NCBI GenBank assembly: GCA_002840365.1
Contig: PHAO01000001.1
Coordinates: 303,514-367,513, forward strand
Length of the DNA: 64,000 nucleotides
Direction of reading: 5' to 3'
From: Candidatus Dojkabacteria bacterium HGW-Dojkabacteria-1
Lineage (GTDB): Bacteria; Patescibacteriota; Dojkabacteria; SC72
In this document: positions 47,636 through 57,647 of the stretch, piece after piece
Layout: each line of letters starts with the position of its first letter
Position numbering within the stretch: position 1 is the stretch's first letter
Program-made: the position numbers and the translations under genes
Notes under the pieces: model-generated
What the model saw: only the letters and a program-made list of their open reading frames with translations
What the model was told of the DNA's origin: nothing
The model's database searches: none

Positions 47636-48412
47636 ATGCAAATATCCTCACCTAAAACACAAGCCCTTGTTAACAGAATTAGCAGATTCTCTCCTGTAGT
47701 TTTTCTTAGAAGATATATTCTTTTAATAGCTTTCTTACTATTCTTTTTAATATCAAACATCGTTGGTCTTTGGAATGTGAGAAATATTGAATTTGGAATC
47801 AAAGAGGATTCAAATGTAAATATTTCAACACTAGGTGAATATGTGGAAGAGATTAAGGGTAAGAATATTTTTTTAGTGACACCTTCTGAGGTAGAGGAAA
47901 AATTAAATGAGTACAACGGATTTGTTAAGAGTATTAATGTTGAAAAAAGGATTCCTTCAACACTGTATATTCAAATAGAGGAGTATGAGCCAAAGTTCCT
48001 AGGATATGCATCGCAAAGGTGCAAACTTTTCTCTGAAGAAGGAGTAAGGATAGTTGAGATATGTAAGGAATGTGAAGAGGAGTGTGTTCAATACACTGAT
48101 ATATATCCTTCAATATATATATCAAGCAACTCTTCTTTAGAGAATTCAAGGAAATTAATATATACAGAGGAAATTGTAAAAGGATTAGAGATATTAAAGG
48201 TGTTTGGATATGAGATAATAAGTATTGATATATTAAATGGTATTGCTAGATTCGAAGGTATAGATAATCATATTTTTATTTTTGATATTTCAGAGAATTT
48301 AGAAATACAGTTAAACAGAATGTATATTGTTGGAAAGAAAATCAATGATGAGAATATGAATTTTAGAAGTTTAGACTTGCGTTTTGAGAGACCTGTAATG
48401 AAATTAGAATAG
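47636..48412 (+). CDS. ftsQ: Cell-division protein FtsQ/DivIB (POTRA domain)
   Basis: N-terminal TM helix, then a POTRA-like segment (NIFLVTPSEVEEKL...IPSTLYIQIEEYEP); immediately upstream of ftsA-ftsZ. Confidence 0.55.
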   Translation: MQISSPKTQALVNRISRFSPVVFLRRYILLIAFLLFFLISNIVGLWNVRNIEFGIKEDSNVNISTLGEYVEEIKGKNIFLVTPSEVEEKLNEYNGFVKSINVEKRIPSTLYIQIEEYEPKFLGYASQRCKLFSEEGVRIVEICKECEEECVQYTDIYPSIYISSNSSLENSRKLIYTEEIVKGLEILKVFGYEIISIDILNGIARFEGIDNHIFIFDISENLEIQLNRMYIVGKKINDENMNFRSLDLRFERPVMKLE

Positions 48413-48534
48413 GATTTTATTGACATAAAGGGGTTACTTTGACAGAATTGGTAAATGTTCTTGCTAAGTAAATCTTTTTTGATTATATTATATAGAGATT
48501 GTAACTTATATAGATCTTTAATTTAAAGTAAAAT

Positions 48535-49845
48535 TTGACTGCCGAAAACTATATGGCACGTAAAATAATAACAGCAATAGATGTTGGTTCCTCTAAAATC
48601 ACTACAGTAATATCTGCTGTAGAAGATAACCAAGCACCTTCGGTAATAGGTGTTTGCTCCTTTCCAAGTAAGGGTATAAAAAAGGGAGTTGTAGTTAATA
48701 TAGATGATGCTACTACTGCAATTTCTGAAAGTGTAACAGCTGCAGAGAGAATGGCAGGTGTAACAGTATCTGATGTATATGTCTCAATTAATGGTGAGGC
48801 AGTAACTAGTTTAAACAACAAAGGGGTTGTTGCAGTTGCTAGCTCAGAAATTACAATTGATGATACTTACAGAGCTATTGAAAATGCCAGAACACTTTCT
48901 TTACCAGAGAACCTTAATCCAATTCACATAATTCCTAGAGAGTTTGTTGTAGATAATCAAGGTGGTATTAAATATCCAATAGGTATGTCGGGTACTAGAT
49001 TAGAAGTTGAAACTCATATTATCACTGCACCTAATTCATATTGGCAAAATCTAAAGAAATGCGTAGAACAGTTAGGTTTAAATGTATATGATGTTGTTTT
49101 TGCAGGATGGGCGTCTTCTCTTAGTGTACTAACAGATACAGAAAAAGAATTAGGAGTAACACTTTTAGATATCGGAGCAGGAACTACAACTATCTCAATT
49201 TTTCAAGAAGGTTCAATAACTTACAGCAGTACAATTTCACTCGGTGGAATAAATATTACTAGTGATATAGCTATTGGTCTTCAAGTTTCTTTGGAAGATG
49301 CAGAAAAGATTAAAATACATATGAATGATTTGTTTGAGAACAAAGGTAGAACTAAAAAGATTGGTATGGATTCTACTCCTGCTCTTCTAAGAAGAGTTGA
49401 AGAAGACAAACCTAAACAGACAAAAGAGGATGAAATAGATTTGTCAATATTAGATATTCCTGGAAAGAAAGTTTCCAAGGATATGCTTAAAAAGATTGTA
49501 GAAGCAAGATGTGAAGAAATTTTTGAATTAGCAAGAGAGAATGTACAAAGAGCTGGATTTGATATTGCTATGCCTGCAGGTATTGTTCTTTCAGGTGGTT
49601 CATCTCTTCTAAGAGATTTAACAAAATTTACACAAGGTGTATTTGGAGTAGCTGCTAGAATAGGGTATCCTTCAGGATTAAGTGGAATGACAGAGGAAAT
49701 ATCTGATCCATCCTTTGCTTGTGTACAAGGCCTTATCAAACACGCTATAGATGATGATGTAGAAATAGATACTTCTCATGGTAAAAGTAGTGGTGGAAAT
49801 TTTATTGGAAAGATTACAAATTGGTTTAAGTCATTGATGCCATAA
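48535..49845 (+). CDS. ftsA: Cell-division protein FtsA
   Basis: Actin-like ATPase; N-terminal IITAIDVGSSKITTV phosphate-1 motif; 436 aa. Confidence 0.9.
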   Translation: MTAENYMARKIITAIDVGSSKITTVISAVEDNQAPSVIGVCSFPSKGIKKGVVVNIDDATTAISESVTAAERMAGVTVSDVYVSINGEAVTSLNNKGVVAVASSEITIDDTYRAIENARTLSLPENLNPIHIIPREFVVDNQGGIKYPIGMSGTRLEVETHIITAPNSYWQNLKKCVEQLGLNVYDVVFAGWASSLSVLTDTEKELGVTLLDIGAGTTTISIFQEGSITYSSTISLGGINITSDIAIGLQVSLEDAEKIKIHMNDLFENKGRTKKIGMDSTPALLRRVEEDKPKQTKEDEIDLSILDIPGKKVSKDMLKKIVEARCEEIFELARENVQRAGFDIAMPAGIVLSGGSSLLRDLTKFTQGVFGVAARIGYPSGLSGMTEEISDPSFACVQGLIKHAIDDDVEIDTSHGKSSGGNFIGKITNWFKSLMP

Positions 49846-49869
49846 ACTGCCCAGATTTAATTTAAAGGT

Positions 49870-51120
49870 TTGATAGTTATGTTAGTAACAACAAACATAG
49901 ACCCAGTAGCCAAAATTAAGGTGGTTGGGGTAGGTGGTGGTGGCTGTAATGCTATCAATACTATGATTCATGATTATGATATCACTGGTGTTGAATTCAT
50001 GGCGTTTAATACTGATGCGCAAGCATTAAAACAGTCAGAAGCCGAAATTACATTACAATTAGGAGAAGATCTTACCAAAGGTTTGGGTGTTGGTGGGAAT
50101 CATGAAACTGGAGCACAGGCTGCAGAAGAGAGCTTGGATCAAATTCAAGAGCTTTTAGAGGGTGCAGATATGGTCTTTATAACTGCAGGAATGGGTGGAG
50201 GAACAGGAACAGGTGCAGCTCCAATAATTGCTGGTGTAGCTAAGAATATGGGAGCTTTAACTGTAGCTGTAGTTACAAAGCCATTTGATTTTGAAGGTAA
50301 TAGAAGGAAAGAGGTTGCAGAGGAAGGTATTGCTGCATTGAGAGACAAAGTTGATACATTAATAATAGTTCCAAACCAAAGATTACTTGAAATTGCGGAT
50401 GCAAATATCTCCTTTATTGAAGCTATGAAAATGGTAGATTCTGTACTAGCTGAGGGTGTAAACAGTATTTCCAACCTAATCAGTCAAACAGGATATATTA
50501 ATGCAGACTTTAATGATGCAAAATCTGTAATGTTAAACTCAGGTACAGCCCTTATGGGTATTGGAAGAGCAAGTGGTGAAAACAGAGCAGAACTCGCAGC
50601 TAGAGCTGCAACAACAAGTCCACTTCTTGATATGTCCATAGAGGGTGCAACTGGTGTTCTTTACAATATTGTAGGTTCAGATTTAACCCTACCTGAAATA
50701 AGTATGGTTTCTGAATTAATTAAAGAAGCTGTTGATCCTTCTGCAAATATTAAATTTGGTGCTCAAATAGATCCCTCTTTGGGTGATGAGATAATAATAA
50801 CGATTGTTGCTACAGGATTTGATGAGAACAAACAGGTCTTTACAAAACAATTAAGAGGAGATGAAGAAGAGGATGCATTTGGATTGGGTGGAGTATCAGT
50901 AAAATCACCGATGTACAACAAGAAGGCAGAAGAGGAAACACTTGAGGAGAAAGATTCATTCTTTGACGAACCTGAAGAAGAGGAGTTAGTTGAAGAAGAG
51001 AAAGAACCTGTACAAAAGGGTGCTACAAAAAAAGTGGAATTCGATTTAGATGATGACTTTGATGATCCTTTAGACAAACCAGCTTTCATGCGAAGAATGT
51101 TTAAAGGGAAAAAAGATTAA
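49870..51120 (+). CDS. ftsZ: Cell-division GTPase FtsZ
   Basis: Tubulin signature GGGTGTG (GMGGGTGTGAAP), T7 loop, acidic C-terminal linker and a conserved C-terminal peptide (DKPAFMRR). Confidence 0.95.
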   Translation: MIVMLVTTNIDPVAKIKVVGVGGGGCNAINTMIHDYDITGVEFMAFNTDAQALKQSEAEITLQLGEDLTKGLGVGGNHETGAQAAEESLDQIQELLEGADMVFITAGMGGGTGTGAAPIIAGVAKNMGALTVAVVTKPFDFEGNRRKEVAEEGIAALRDKVDTLIIVPNQRLLEIADANISFIEAMKMVDSVLAEGVNSISNLISQTGYINADFNDAKSVMLNSGTALMGIGRASGENRAELAARAATTSPLLDMSIEGATGVLYNIVGSDLTLPEISMVSELIKEAVDPSANIKFGAQIDPSLGDEIIITIVATGFDENKQVFTKQLRGDEEEDAFGLGGVSVKSPMYNKKAEEETLEEKDSFFDEPEEEELVEEEKEPVQKGATKKVEFDLDDDFDDPLDKPAFMRRMFKGKKD

Positions 51121-51121
51121 G

Positions 51122-51376
51122 GTGAAGATACAGGTAACTGTAAAAACTAAATCAAAAATTTCGGAAATATCTCATATTGAACATACCAATTACTTGGTTA
51201 GATTGAAATCTCTACCAATTGAAAATTTTGCAAACAAGGAATTGATAGAAATACTTTCAAAATACTTTAGAATTCCTCAATCTTCTATTAAAATACTTAA
51301 AGGATTAAAGAGTAAAAATAAGTTAGTGGAATTATCCGAAGGTGAAGATTCAAACAAAAGAGAAAAAAATATTTAA
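51122..51376 (+). CDS. DUF167/YggU-family small protein
   Basis: 84 aa; pattern VKTKSKISEI...LVRLKSLPIENFANKELIEILSKYF fits UPF0235, which is commonly encoded downstream of ftsZ. Confidence 0.45.
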   Translation: MKIQVTVKTKSKISEISHIEHTNYLVRLKSLPIENFANKELIEILSKYFRIPQSSIKILKGLKSKNKLVELSEGEDSNKREKNI

Positions 51377-52661
51377 TATAGATCCTGTTATTCTTGTACC
51401 AACGATATTACTTTGTGTAGTGGGAATAGTAGCTTTACTTTCAACAACAATAACAACAGATGGTTCTTTTGGTGATACTTCTATAATTACTAAACAGATA
51501 GCATTTATACTTTTCGGTTTAGTTGTTTACTTCCTTCTTACCTTTTTTGATATATCTTTGCTTCGAATGTGGCAAATAGGGCTCCCTATATATATATTTA
51601 CGATACTCTTACTAATACTAGTTCTTTTAATAGGCCCTGTTGTAAATAATGTACAAAGATGGTTGGTTATTGGTGGAATACAGATACAACCTTCAGAAAT
51701 TGCAAAATTTACAGTAATATTAACAACTGCTACTGTTCTTTCTTACAAAGATAAATACAACGAATGGTTGTTGTTTTTTATATCTCTATTACTGACTCTT
51801 CCTATGGTAATCCTTATATACATGCAACCAAGTGGAAGTATGTCTATACTCACTCTTTTAATTTGGTTTTTGGTCGCTTTCACAGGTCTTAATAATCAAT
51901 TGAGAAATACAATAAACTTAATCATCATTACTTCTATTGTTCTTACATTTTTCTTAATAAGTGTCACAGGGAATTGGTATTTTCTTCTGCTTGCAGTAAT
52001 AGGTCTGATTATTGCAATCTTTGGATTCTACTACCAGGAATCATGGAAACTCTTTATAGTTGCTAGTTTAGTTATTAGTGTAATTCTTGGTTTGTTTTCA
52101 ACAATAATATATTCAAATGTCTTAAGACAGTATCAAAGAGATAGAATAGAGGTATTCTTAAACCCAACCGAGAATACCCAAGATTTAGGATTCAATGTTA
52201 ATCAGGCAAGAATAGCAATAGGTTCTGGTCAAATATGGGGTAAAGGATTTGGAAATGGAACACAAAGTAAAAGAAACTTCCTTCCTGAGCATCAAACAGA
52301 TTTCATATATGCATCATTTGCAGAAGAATTTGGTTTAGTAGGTTCTCTATTTTTACTCTTTATGTTTGGGGTCCTTATAACAAAGGGATTAATTGTATCT
52401 GTTAACAATTTTGATAATCCATTTTTTTCGATGTTGCTAATTGGTATTACTATGAAAATTCTGCTTGAGGTTTTTATCAATATAGGTACGAATACTGGAG
52501 CAATACCAGCTACTGGTATACCACTGCCTCTTGTCAGTGCAGGAGGAAGTATAACAGTGATGACCCTATTTTCTTTAGGAGTAATTCAAAGTATAATGAA
52601 TGCCAGTCAAAGTAAGCAAAAAAAGAGTAATATAATTGACAATTATGAATTTATAAATTAA
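51342..52661 (+). CDS. SEDS-family peptidoglycan glycosyltransferase (FtsW/RodA)
   Basis: 10 TM helices; conserved SEDS loops (QPSEIAKF, FAEEFGLVGS, PLPLVSAGGS). Confidence 0.8.
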   Translation: MKIQTKEKKIFNIDPVILVPTILLCVVGIVALLSTTITTDGSFGDTSIITKQIAFILFGLVVYFLLTFFDISLLRMWQIGLPIYIFTILLLILVLLIGPVVNNVQRWLVIGGIQIQPSEIAKFTVILTTATVLSYKDKYNEWLLFFISLLLTLPMVILIYMQPSGSMSILTLLIWFLVAFTGLNNQLRNTINLIIITSIVLTFFLISVTGNWYFLLLAVIGLIIAIFGFYYQESWKLFIVASLVISVILGLFSTIIYSNVLRQYQRDRIEVFLNPTENTQDLGFNVNQARIAIGSGQIWGKGFGNGTQSKRNFLPEHQTDFIYASFAEEFGLVGSLFLLFMFGVLITKGLIVSVNNFDNPFFSMLLIGITMKILLEVFINIGTNTGAIPATGIPLPLVSAGGSITVMTLFSLGVIQSIMNASQSKQKKSNIIDNYEFIN

Positions 52662-52673
52662 AATCCATCCGTT

Positions 52674-53006
52674 ATGGTTAAATCCAATGAAAGTAAAAAA
52701 TTTGCAGTAATAAAGATCTCTGGAGTACAACTAAAAGTTTACGAAGGTAAAGAGTACGAAGTAAACAAATTAGAAGGAAAAAAAGGAGAGACATTAGAAA
52801 TACAAGAGGTATTACTTCTTCATGATGGTGAGAATACAAAAGTAGGTACTCCATTAGTAGAAGGTGCAAAAGTAGTATTAGAAATCACTTCCCAAAAGAA
52901 AGATGACAAAGTAAGAGTTTTCAAATACAAGGCAAAATCAAGATACAGAAAGACTCAAGGGCATAGAGCTTTGATAACAAGAGTTTCTGTTAAGTCTATT
53001 GCTTAA
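52674..53006 (+). CDS. rplU: 50S ribosomal protein L21
   Basis: FAVIKISGVQLKVYEGKEYEV... aligns with the L21 N-terminus; 110 aa. Confidence 0.8.
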   Translation: MVKSNESKKFAVIKISGVQLKVYEGKEYEVNKLEGKKGETLEIQEVLLLHDGENTKVGTPLVEGAKVVLEITSQKKDDKVRVFKYKAKSRYRKTQGHRALITRVSVKSIA

Positions 53007-54174
53007 AATGCGATATTTTTTCCAATCAGGTAGTTTTCAAGAGTTATCACAAGCAGAGTTAATCTGTGTATTAGATTCATACGGTATTCAAAAAGACAGT
53101 TTAAAGAATGTCGGTGGTGGAATTTTTGTTCTTGATACTAAAGATGTTACAGATGAAATTGTTAAAAAGATTTTTAACCGGTTAGGAGGATATATTAGAT
53201 ATGGTCATGTTGTAGAGGATTTAGATTCTTTTCTTCCTTCTTTCGAAGACATGAAGAAAGTAACTTTTGGAGTATCATATATTAGTAATATTGGTGGTGA
53301 GAGAAAGAGTATTGTTAAGTTATCAAATGATATTAAAAGATATTTTAAAAGTGTAGGAATTTCTTCAAGATTTTTAATACCGAAAAGTACTCAATTGAAT
53401 GAAGCTCAGATAAGGAATAATAATCTTTTACAAGAAGGTTTTGAGTTTTGTATATTCGATACAAATGAAATTCAAATGTATGGGAGAACACTTGGAGTTC
53501 AAGATGTAGAGAGTTTTGTACATAGGGATTTGGATAAACCAGAATCAGACTATCAAATGGGAGTATTACCACAGAAATTAGCACGTATTATGTGTAATTT
53601 AACATCTCTTAAACAGGGTATCTTGTGGGATCCATTCTGTGGTAGTGGTACCATCCTTATGGAAGCCTCTATGCTTGGTTTTGATGTATTAGGCTCAGAT
53701 ATTGATATTAAGGCCATTGAAAATTCAGATAAAAATATTCAGTGGTTGAAAGATGAAAACCTTATTACCGGTATAAAATACAATCTCTTTCAATTAGATA
53801 TCCGAAATGTTGAAAAAAGAATAGTCAAGGATTTAAAAAGAACAAATATAAGTGCTGTAGTATGTGAACCATTCATGGGACCACCTCAAAGGAAAGAAGT
53901 AACAGAGAGTAAGGCAGATATACTTCTTAAGGATGTTGAAGATTTATATATTTCTCTTTTTAAAATACTAAATGAAATTGCACACTCAGGATTTAAGTTA
54001 GTATTAGTAATTCCTTCATACAAGACAATAAAGGGTGAAAAAACTATAAATATTTCTCAATTTGCACAGAAAAAATGGGAAGTATTGAACAAGAAATATA
54101 CAAAAGGGGACTTGAAATGGAAGAGAAATAATAGTATTATCACAAGGAATATTTTCGTACTATCTAAAAGATAA
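52999..54174 (+). CDS. Class-I SAM-dependent RNA methyltransferase (UPF0020/Trm11/RlmL-like N-methylase), inserted between rplU and rpmA
   Basis: Motif I ILWDPFCGSGTILMEA and motif IV-like VVCEPFMGPP; N-terminal THUMP-like region. Confidence 0.5.
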   Translation: MLKMRYFFQSGSFQELSQAELICVLDSYGIQKDSLKNVGGGIFVLDTKDVTDEIVKKIFNRLGGYIRYGHVVEDLDSFLPSFEDMKKVTFGVSYISNIGGERKSIVKLSNDIKRYFKSVGISSRFLIPKSTQLNEAQIRNNNLLQEGFEFCIFDTNEIQMYGRTLGVQDVESFVHRDLDKPESDYQMGVLPQKLARIMCNLTSLKQGILWDPFCGSGTILMEASMLGFDVLGSDIDIKAIENSDKNIQWLKDENLITGIKYNLFQLDIRNVEKRIVKDLKRTNISAVVCEPFMGPPQRKEVTESKADILLKDVEDLYISLFKILNEIAHSGFKLVLVIPSYKTIKGEKTINISQFAQKKWEVLNKKYTKGDLKWKRNNSIITRNIFVLSKR

Positions 54175-54198
54175 TATTTAAGTTAAATACACAGAGAA

Positions 54199-54465
54199 AT
54201 GTCACATGTAGTAGGAGCAGGTAGTGTCTCAATGGGGTCAAATGTTGCAGGTAAGAGACTCGGAGTAAAGAAATTTGAAGGAGAGAAAGTAAAATCAGGA
54301 AACATTATCGTTAAGCAGAGAGGATCTGTGTATCATCCTGGTAAAAATACATATATGGCAAAAGATTACTCTATTCATGCTAAGGTTGAGGGAGTAGTCA
54401 AATTCAGAAGAATGAGTGGCTTCAAAAGAGGACAGTACTACATTGATGTGGTAGAATCTCTTTAA
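54199..54465 (+). CDS. rpmA: 50S ribosomal protein L27
   Basis: ...GSNVAGKRLGVKKFEGEKVKSGNIIVKQRGSVYHPGKN... matches the L27 core; no Firmicutes-type N-terminal propeptide. Confidence 0.8.
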   Translation: MSHVVGAGSVSMGSNVAGKRLGVKKFEGEKVKSGNIIVKQRGSVYHPGKNTYMAKDYSIHAKVEGVVKFRRMSGFKRGQYYIDVVESL

Positions 54466-54470
54466 GAGTA

Positions 54471-55214
54471 ATGACTAAACAACATTTCATCCAAATAGAA
54501 AGCAAGAATGCATTGTTAGAACTACTTAAGGAAGGTAGGGAATTTGAACGTATATATCTTGCAAGTACTGCTTTTAGAGATGAAAAAACAAAAGAGATTG
54601 TAGATATCGCAAACTCTAAGAATATCCCCCTTATACGTGTACCAAGAAAAACACTTACAAGAAGACTTAAAGCTTCTAATTCTGAGAGTGTAGTAGGTAT
54701 GATGATTTCCCAAAACTATTGGTCATTAGAAGATTTACTTGAGAGTATATACTCCGAAAACAAAATGCCTTTCTTCTTAATACTTGATGATTTGAAATAT
54801 ACTCAAAATGTTGGAGCTATAATGAGAACTGCTTTTGCGGTCGGTGTTAATGGAATTATTACTGCTCCAAGTGATGTTGCTTTGGTTAATGATGAAACAA
54901 TGAGGGTATCTATGGGGGCAGCTGAAAGAATCCCAATTGTTGAAATGAGTTTGTTTACAGCGGTAAAGGAACTACAAAAAAATGATATTAAGGTGTTTGC
55001 AGTTCATATGGATGGAGAAAACTACTTTGAGAGTAACCTTAAAGGTCCTTGTGCCTTCATAGTTGGTGCAGAAGATGTTGGTATATCTACAGGTATGTTG
55101 GAAAGAGCTGATGAAAAAATCTCTATTCCAATGAGAGAGGGTATTGGTTCCTTGAATGTAAGCGTGAGTGCTGCAGTATTAATGTATGAGAAATTAAGAC
55201 AAGAAGTATCTTAA
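54471..55214 (+). CDS. TrmH/SpoU-family RNA 2'-O-methyltransferase (RlmB-like)
   Basis: SpoU motifs NVGAIMRTAFAVGVNGII and the C-terminal GSLNVSVSAAVLMYE knot region. Confidence 0.75.
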   Translation: MTKQHFIQIESKNALLELLKEGREFERIYLASTAFRDEKTKEIVDIANSKNIPLIRVPRKTLTRRLKASNSESVVGMMISQNYWSLEDLLESIYSENKMPFFLILDDLKYTQNVGAIMRTAFAVGVNGIITAPSDVALVNDETMRVSMGAAERIPIVEMSLFTAVKELQKNDIKVFAVHMDGENYFESNLKGPCAFIVGAEDVGISTGMLERADEKISIPMREGIGSLNVSVSAAVLMYEKLRQEVS

Positions 55215-56080
55215 TCCTCAATTTCTAATCCAAGTTTGTGTAATATATCCTCTAAATCTGCTTTTGTAACAAATCTAATCTGTATCTTTCCACCTTTACT
55301 CATCTTTTTTATAGTTGTTGTATATCCTAACTTCTTTGTTAACCCTTCTGCATAAAGTAATAGGTCGGGATGGGAAGTTTGTACTCCAGTATATTTACCT
55401 TTCCTATTGTAATTTATTTTTCTTACTAAAGATTCTGTTTGTCTAACACTTAGACCTCTTTTGATTACAATATCTGTTGCAGCTACTAATGATTCTTCAT
55501 CTCTTATCCCAAGTAATGCTCTTGCATGTCCTTCACTAATAGATTCATTTAAGATAACCTCTTTTACCTCATTGGGTAATTTAAGTAATCTAATTTTGTT
55601 AGTAACTGTTACTCTGTTAAGACCAACCTTTCTTGCTATATCATCCTGGGAGAGTCCGAATTCATCTTGTAATTGAAGAAAGGAGTATGCCTCTTCAAGA
55701 GGATTGAGGTCCTTTCTTTGAATATTCTCTATTAAGGCTAATTCTAACATTTCTTGAGGAGAGGAATCCTTAATAACAACTGGTACATATTTAAAACCAG
55801 CAAGTTGAGCAGCCCTATATCTTCGTTCTCCAGCAATGATAAAATAATTCTCTGCAGAAGACTTGTCCTTAGTAATGATTAAAGGTTGTATTATTCCATG
55901 TTCTCGTATTGAATCTGCAATACTAATTAATTCCTCTGGATCAATGTTCATTCTTGGTTGGAAGGGGTTGGGTGATATTCTGTTAATATCAAACTTCTCC
56001 CTATATGCACTACTTGAGTTATCAATTTCATTTGCACTTATCAATGCTGCTAATCCTTTTCCTAATCTTTCTTCTGACAT
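55211..56080 (-). CDS. parB: Chromosome partitioning protein ParB/Spo0J
   Basis: ParB box GIIQPLIITKD...IIAGERRYRAAQLAG, plus an HTH and a C-terminal dimerisation domain. Confidence 0.85.
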   Translation of the reverse strand: MSEERLGKGLAALISANEIDNSSSAYREKFDINRISPNPFQPRMNIDPEELISIADSIREHGIIQPLIITKDKSSAENYFIIAGERRYRAAQLAGFKYVPVVIKDSSPQEMLELALIENIQRKDLNPLEEAYSFLQLQDEFGLSQDDIARKVGLNRVTVTNKIRLLKLPNEVKEVILNESISEGHARALLGIRDEESLVAATDIVIKRGLSVRQTESLVRKINYNRKGKYTGVQTSHPDLLLYAEGLTKKLGYTTTIKKMSKGGKIQIRFVTKADLEDILHKLGLEIED

Positions 56081-56097
56081 ATTTTTACATTAATAAT

Positions 56098-56889
56098 TTA
56101 AAAGAATCTTTTTATAAATTCCTCCGCTAAATCTTCATATGCCTGAGCTCCTGTAGATTTAGAATCATATTGGAATATTGTTTTTCCATGAGAGGGAGCT
56201 TCTGAAAGTCTTACATTTCTTGGGACAATAGATTTAAAAGCACTCTCTTTGAAGAATTCCTGTACATCACTTACTACACTTGAGGAAAGTTTTGTTCTAC
56301 TGTCATACATGGTTAGTATTACTCCTCCAATTGAAAGAGAAGGGTTTATACCTTTAATCAGTTTTGTAGTCTCTATGAGCTGTCCTAGGCCTTCTAGCGC
56401 GAAGTATTCACATTGGATAGGTATGAGTAGTTTGTCTGCTGCACTTAAAGCGTTAATTGTTAACAATCCAAGGGATGGAGGACAGTCAATTAACACTATA
56501 TCAATATTCTTTTCTACTTTTGTTAATGCTTTTCTTAGTAATGTCTCTCTAGCTAACATATTGACCATTTCAATTTCTGCTCCTGCTAATGAAAGATGTG
56601 ATGGTACCAAAAAAAGGTTAGGTGTAGAGGTAGTAACAAATACTGAGGGTATCTCTGTAGAGTTTACTAATACATCATAAATACTTTTGTATGGGGCTTC
56701 TTGAGTTGAATTCCAACTCTTTTTATCAAATTGCTGTGTGAATCCAACCCCAGATGAAAGATTAGCTTGAGGATCTAAATCGATGAGGAGTACCTTTTTA
56801 CCTTTGTTAGCAAGCGCTGCTCCTAGATTTATTGTAGTAGTAGTTTTACCTACACCTCCCTTTTGGTTAGCAATTACGAAAATTTTCAT
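56098..56889 (-). CDS. parA: Chromosome partitioning ATPase ParA/Soj
   Basis: Deviant Walker A KGGVGKTTT; 263 aa. Confidence 0.9.
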   Translation of the reverse strand: MKIFVIANQKGGVGKTTTTINLGAALANKGKKVLLIDLDPQANLSSGVGFTQQFDKKSWNSTQEAPYKSIYDVLVNSTEIPSVFVTTSTPNLFLVPSHLSLAGAEIEMVNMLARETLLRKALTKVEKNIDIVLIDCPPSLGLLTINALSAADKLLIPIQCEYFALEGLGQLIETTKLIKGINPSLSIGGVILTMYDSRTKLSSSVVSDVQEFFKESAFKSIVPRNVRLSEAPSHGKTIFQYDSKSTGAQAYEDLAEEFIKRFF

Positions 56890-56921
56890 TTGTATAATCT
56901 ATCATGTTTCACGAATGGAGT

Positions 56922-57527
56922 CTACAATCCATAACTCTCATGAGTAACTAGTCTAAATTCTGAAAATGGGAAGTATACTATCCATGCTTTCCCCTTAATT
57001 CTTTCTTTTGAAATTGGTCCAAACTCTCTAGAATCTGAACTGTTTGGTCTGTTATCACCTGATACAAAATATTGTCCTTCTGGAACTGTAATACTTTGTC
57101 CTTCATGTATGTATGATCCACCATTTGTAATTACAGAGTCTGCTAGATAGTTGCCTTCATTTAATTTATCACCATTGATATATATGCTTCCATCTTTTAT
57201 CATTACTTCATCCCCAGGTATACCAATTACTCTCTTTATGAAATCCTGAGTATCAGAATATTTGAAGATAACGACATCTCCTCTTTGGGGTTCTGTAAAT
57301 CTGTAGGTAATTTTGTTAGCCATTAAGTACTCTCCATTTTTGTATGTAGGATGCATAGAATTTCCAACTACCTCATGTGGTGTCATTATGAAAAGATACA
57401 ATACAACTGCTAGTACTAATGCAACAACAACTGTTTCAATAAAGGATGAGATAAAGCTTCCAACAGATGCGAAAACTTCAGTTGCTTTAACCTTACCACT
57501 TACTTCACTCTCTGATGATTCGTACAT
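56922..57527 (-). CDS. lepB: Signal peptidase I
   Basis: S26 motifs GNSMHPT (catalytic Ser), IKRVIGIPGDEV (catalytic Lys) and GDNRPNSSDSR. Confidence 0.85.
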   Translation of the reverse strand: MYESSESEVSGKVKATEVFASVGSFISSFIETVVVALVLAVVLYLFIMTPHEVVGNSMHPTYKNGEYLMANKITYRFTEPQRGDVVIFKYSDTQDFIKRVIGIPGDEVMIKDGSIYINGDKLNEGNYLADSVITNGGSYIHEGQSITVPEGQYFVSGDNRPNSSDSREFGPISKERIKGKAWIVYFPFSEFRLVTHESYGL

Positions 57528-57552
57528 TCTTTTGGGGCATAAATTTAAGAAT

Positions 57553-57628
57553 TGGTACCGCTACGGGGAATCGAACCCCGGTTTACAGGATGAAAACCTG
57601 TCGTCCTAGTCCACTAGACGATAGCGGC
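57553..57628 (-). tRNA. tRNA-Glu (anticodon TTC), CCA encoded
   Basis: Reverse complement folds as GCCGCTA / TCGTCTAGTGGACTAGGACGA / ACAGG-TTTTCAT-CCTGT / CGGGG-TTCGATT-CCCCG / TAGCGGT-A-CCA. Confidence 0.8.
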
Positions 57629-57647
57629 TTACCTGAAGTAGATTTTA

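Noticed and set aside
47581-47916. 111-aa - strand ORF upstream of and overlapping ftsQ
   Set aside because: It overlaps the ftsQ N-terminus on the opposite strand and has no motif. ftsQ context (ftsQ-ftsA-ftsZ) favours the + strand gene.
48413-48534. Two TTGACA hexamers upstream of ftsA as promoter -35 boxes
   Set aside because: No properly spaced -10 hexamer could be paired with either, so no promoter call was made.
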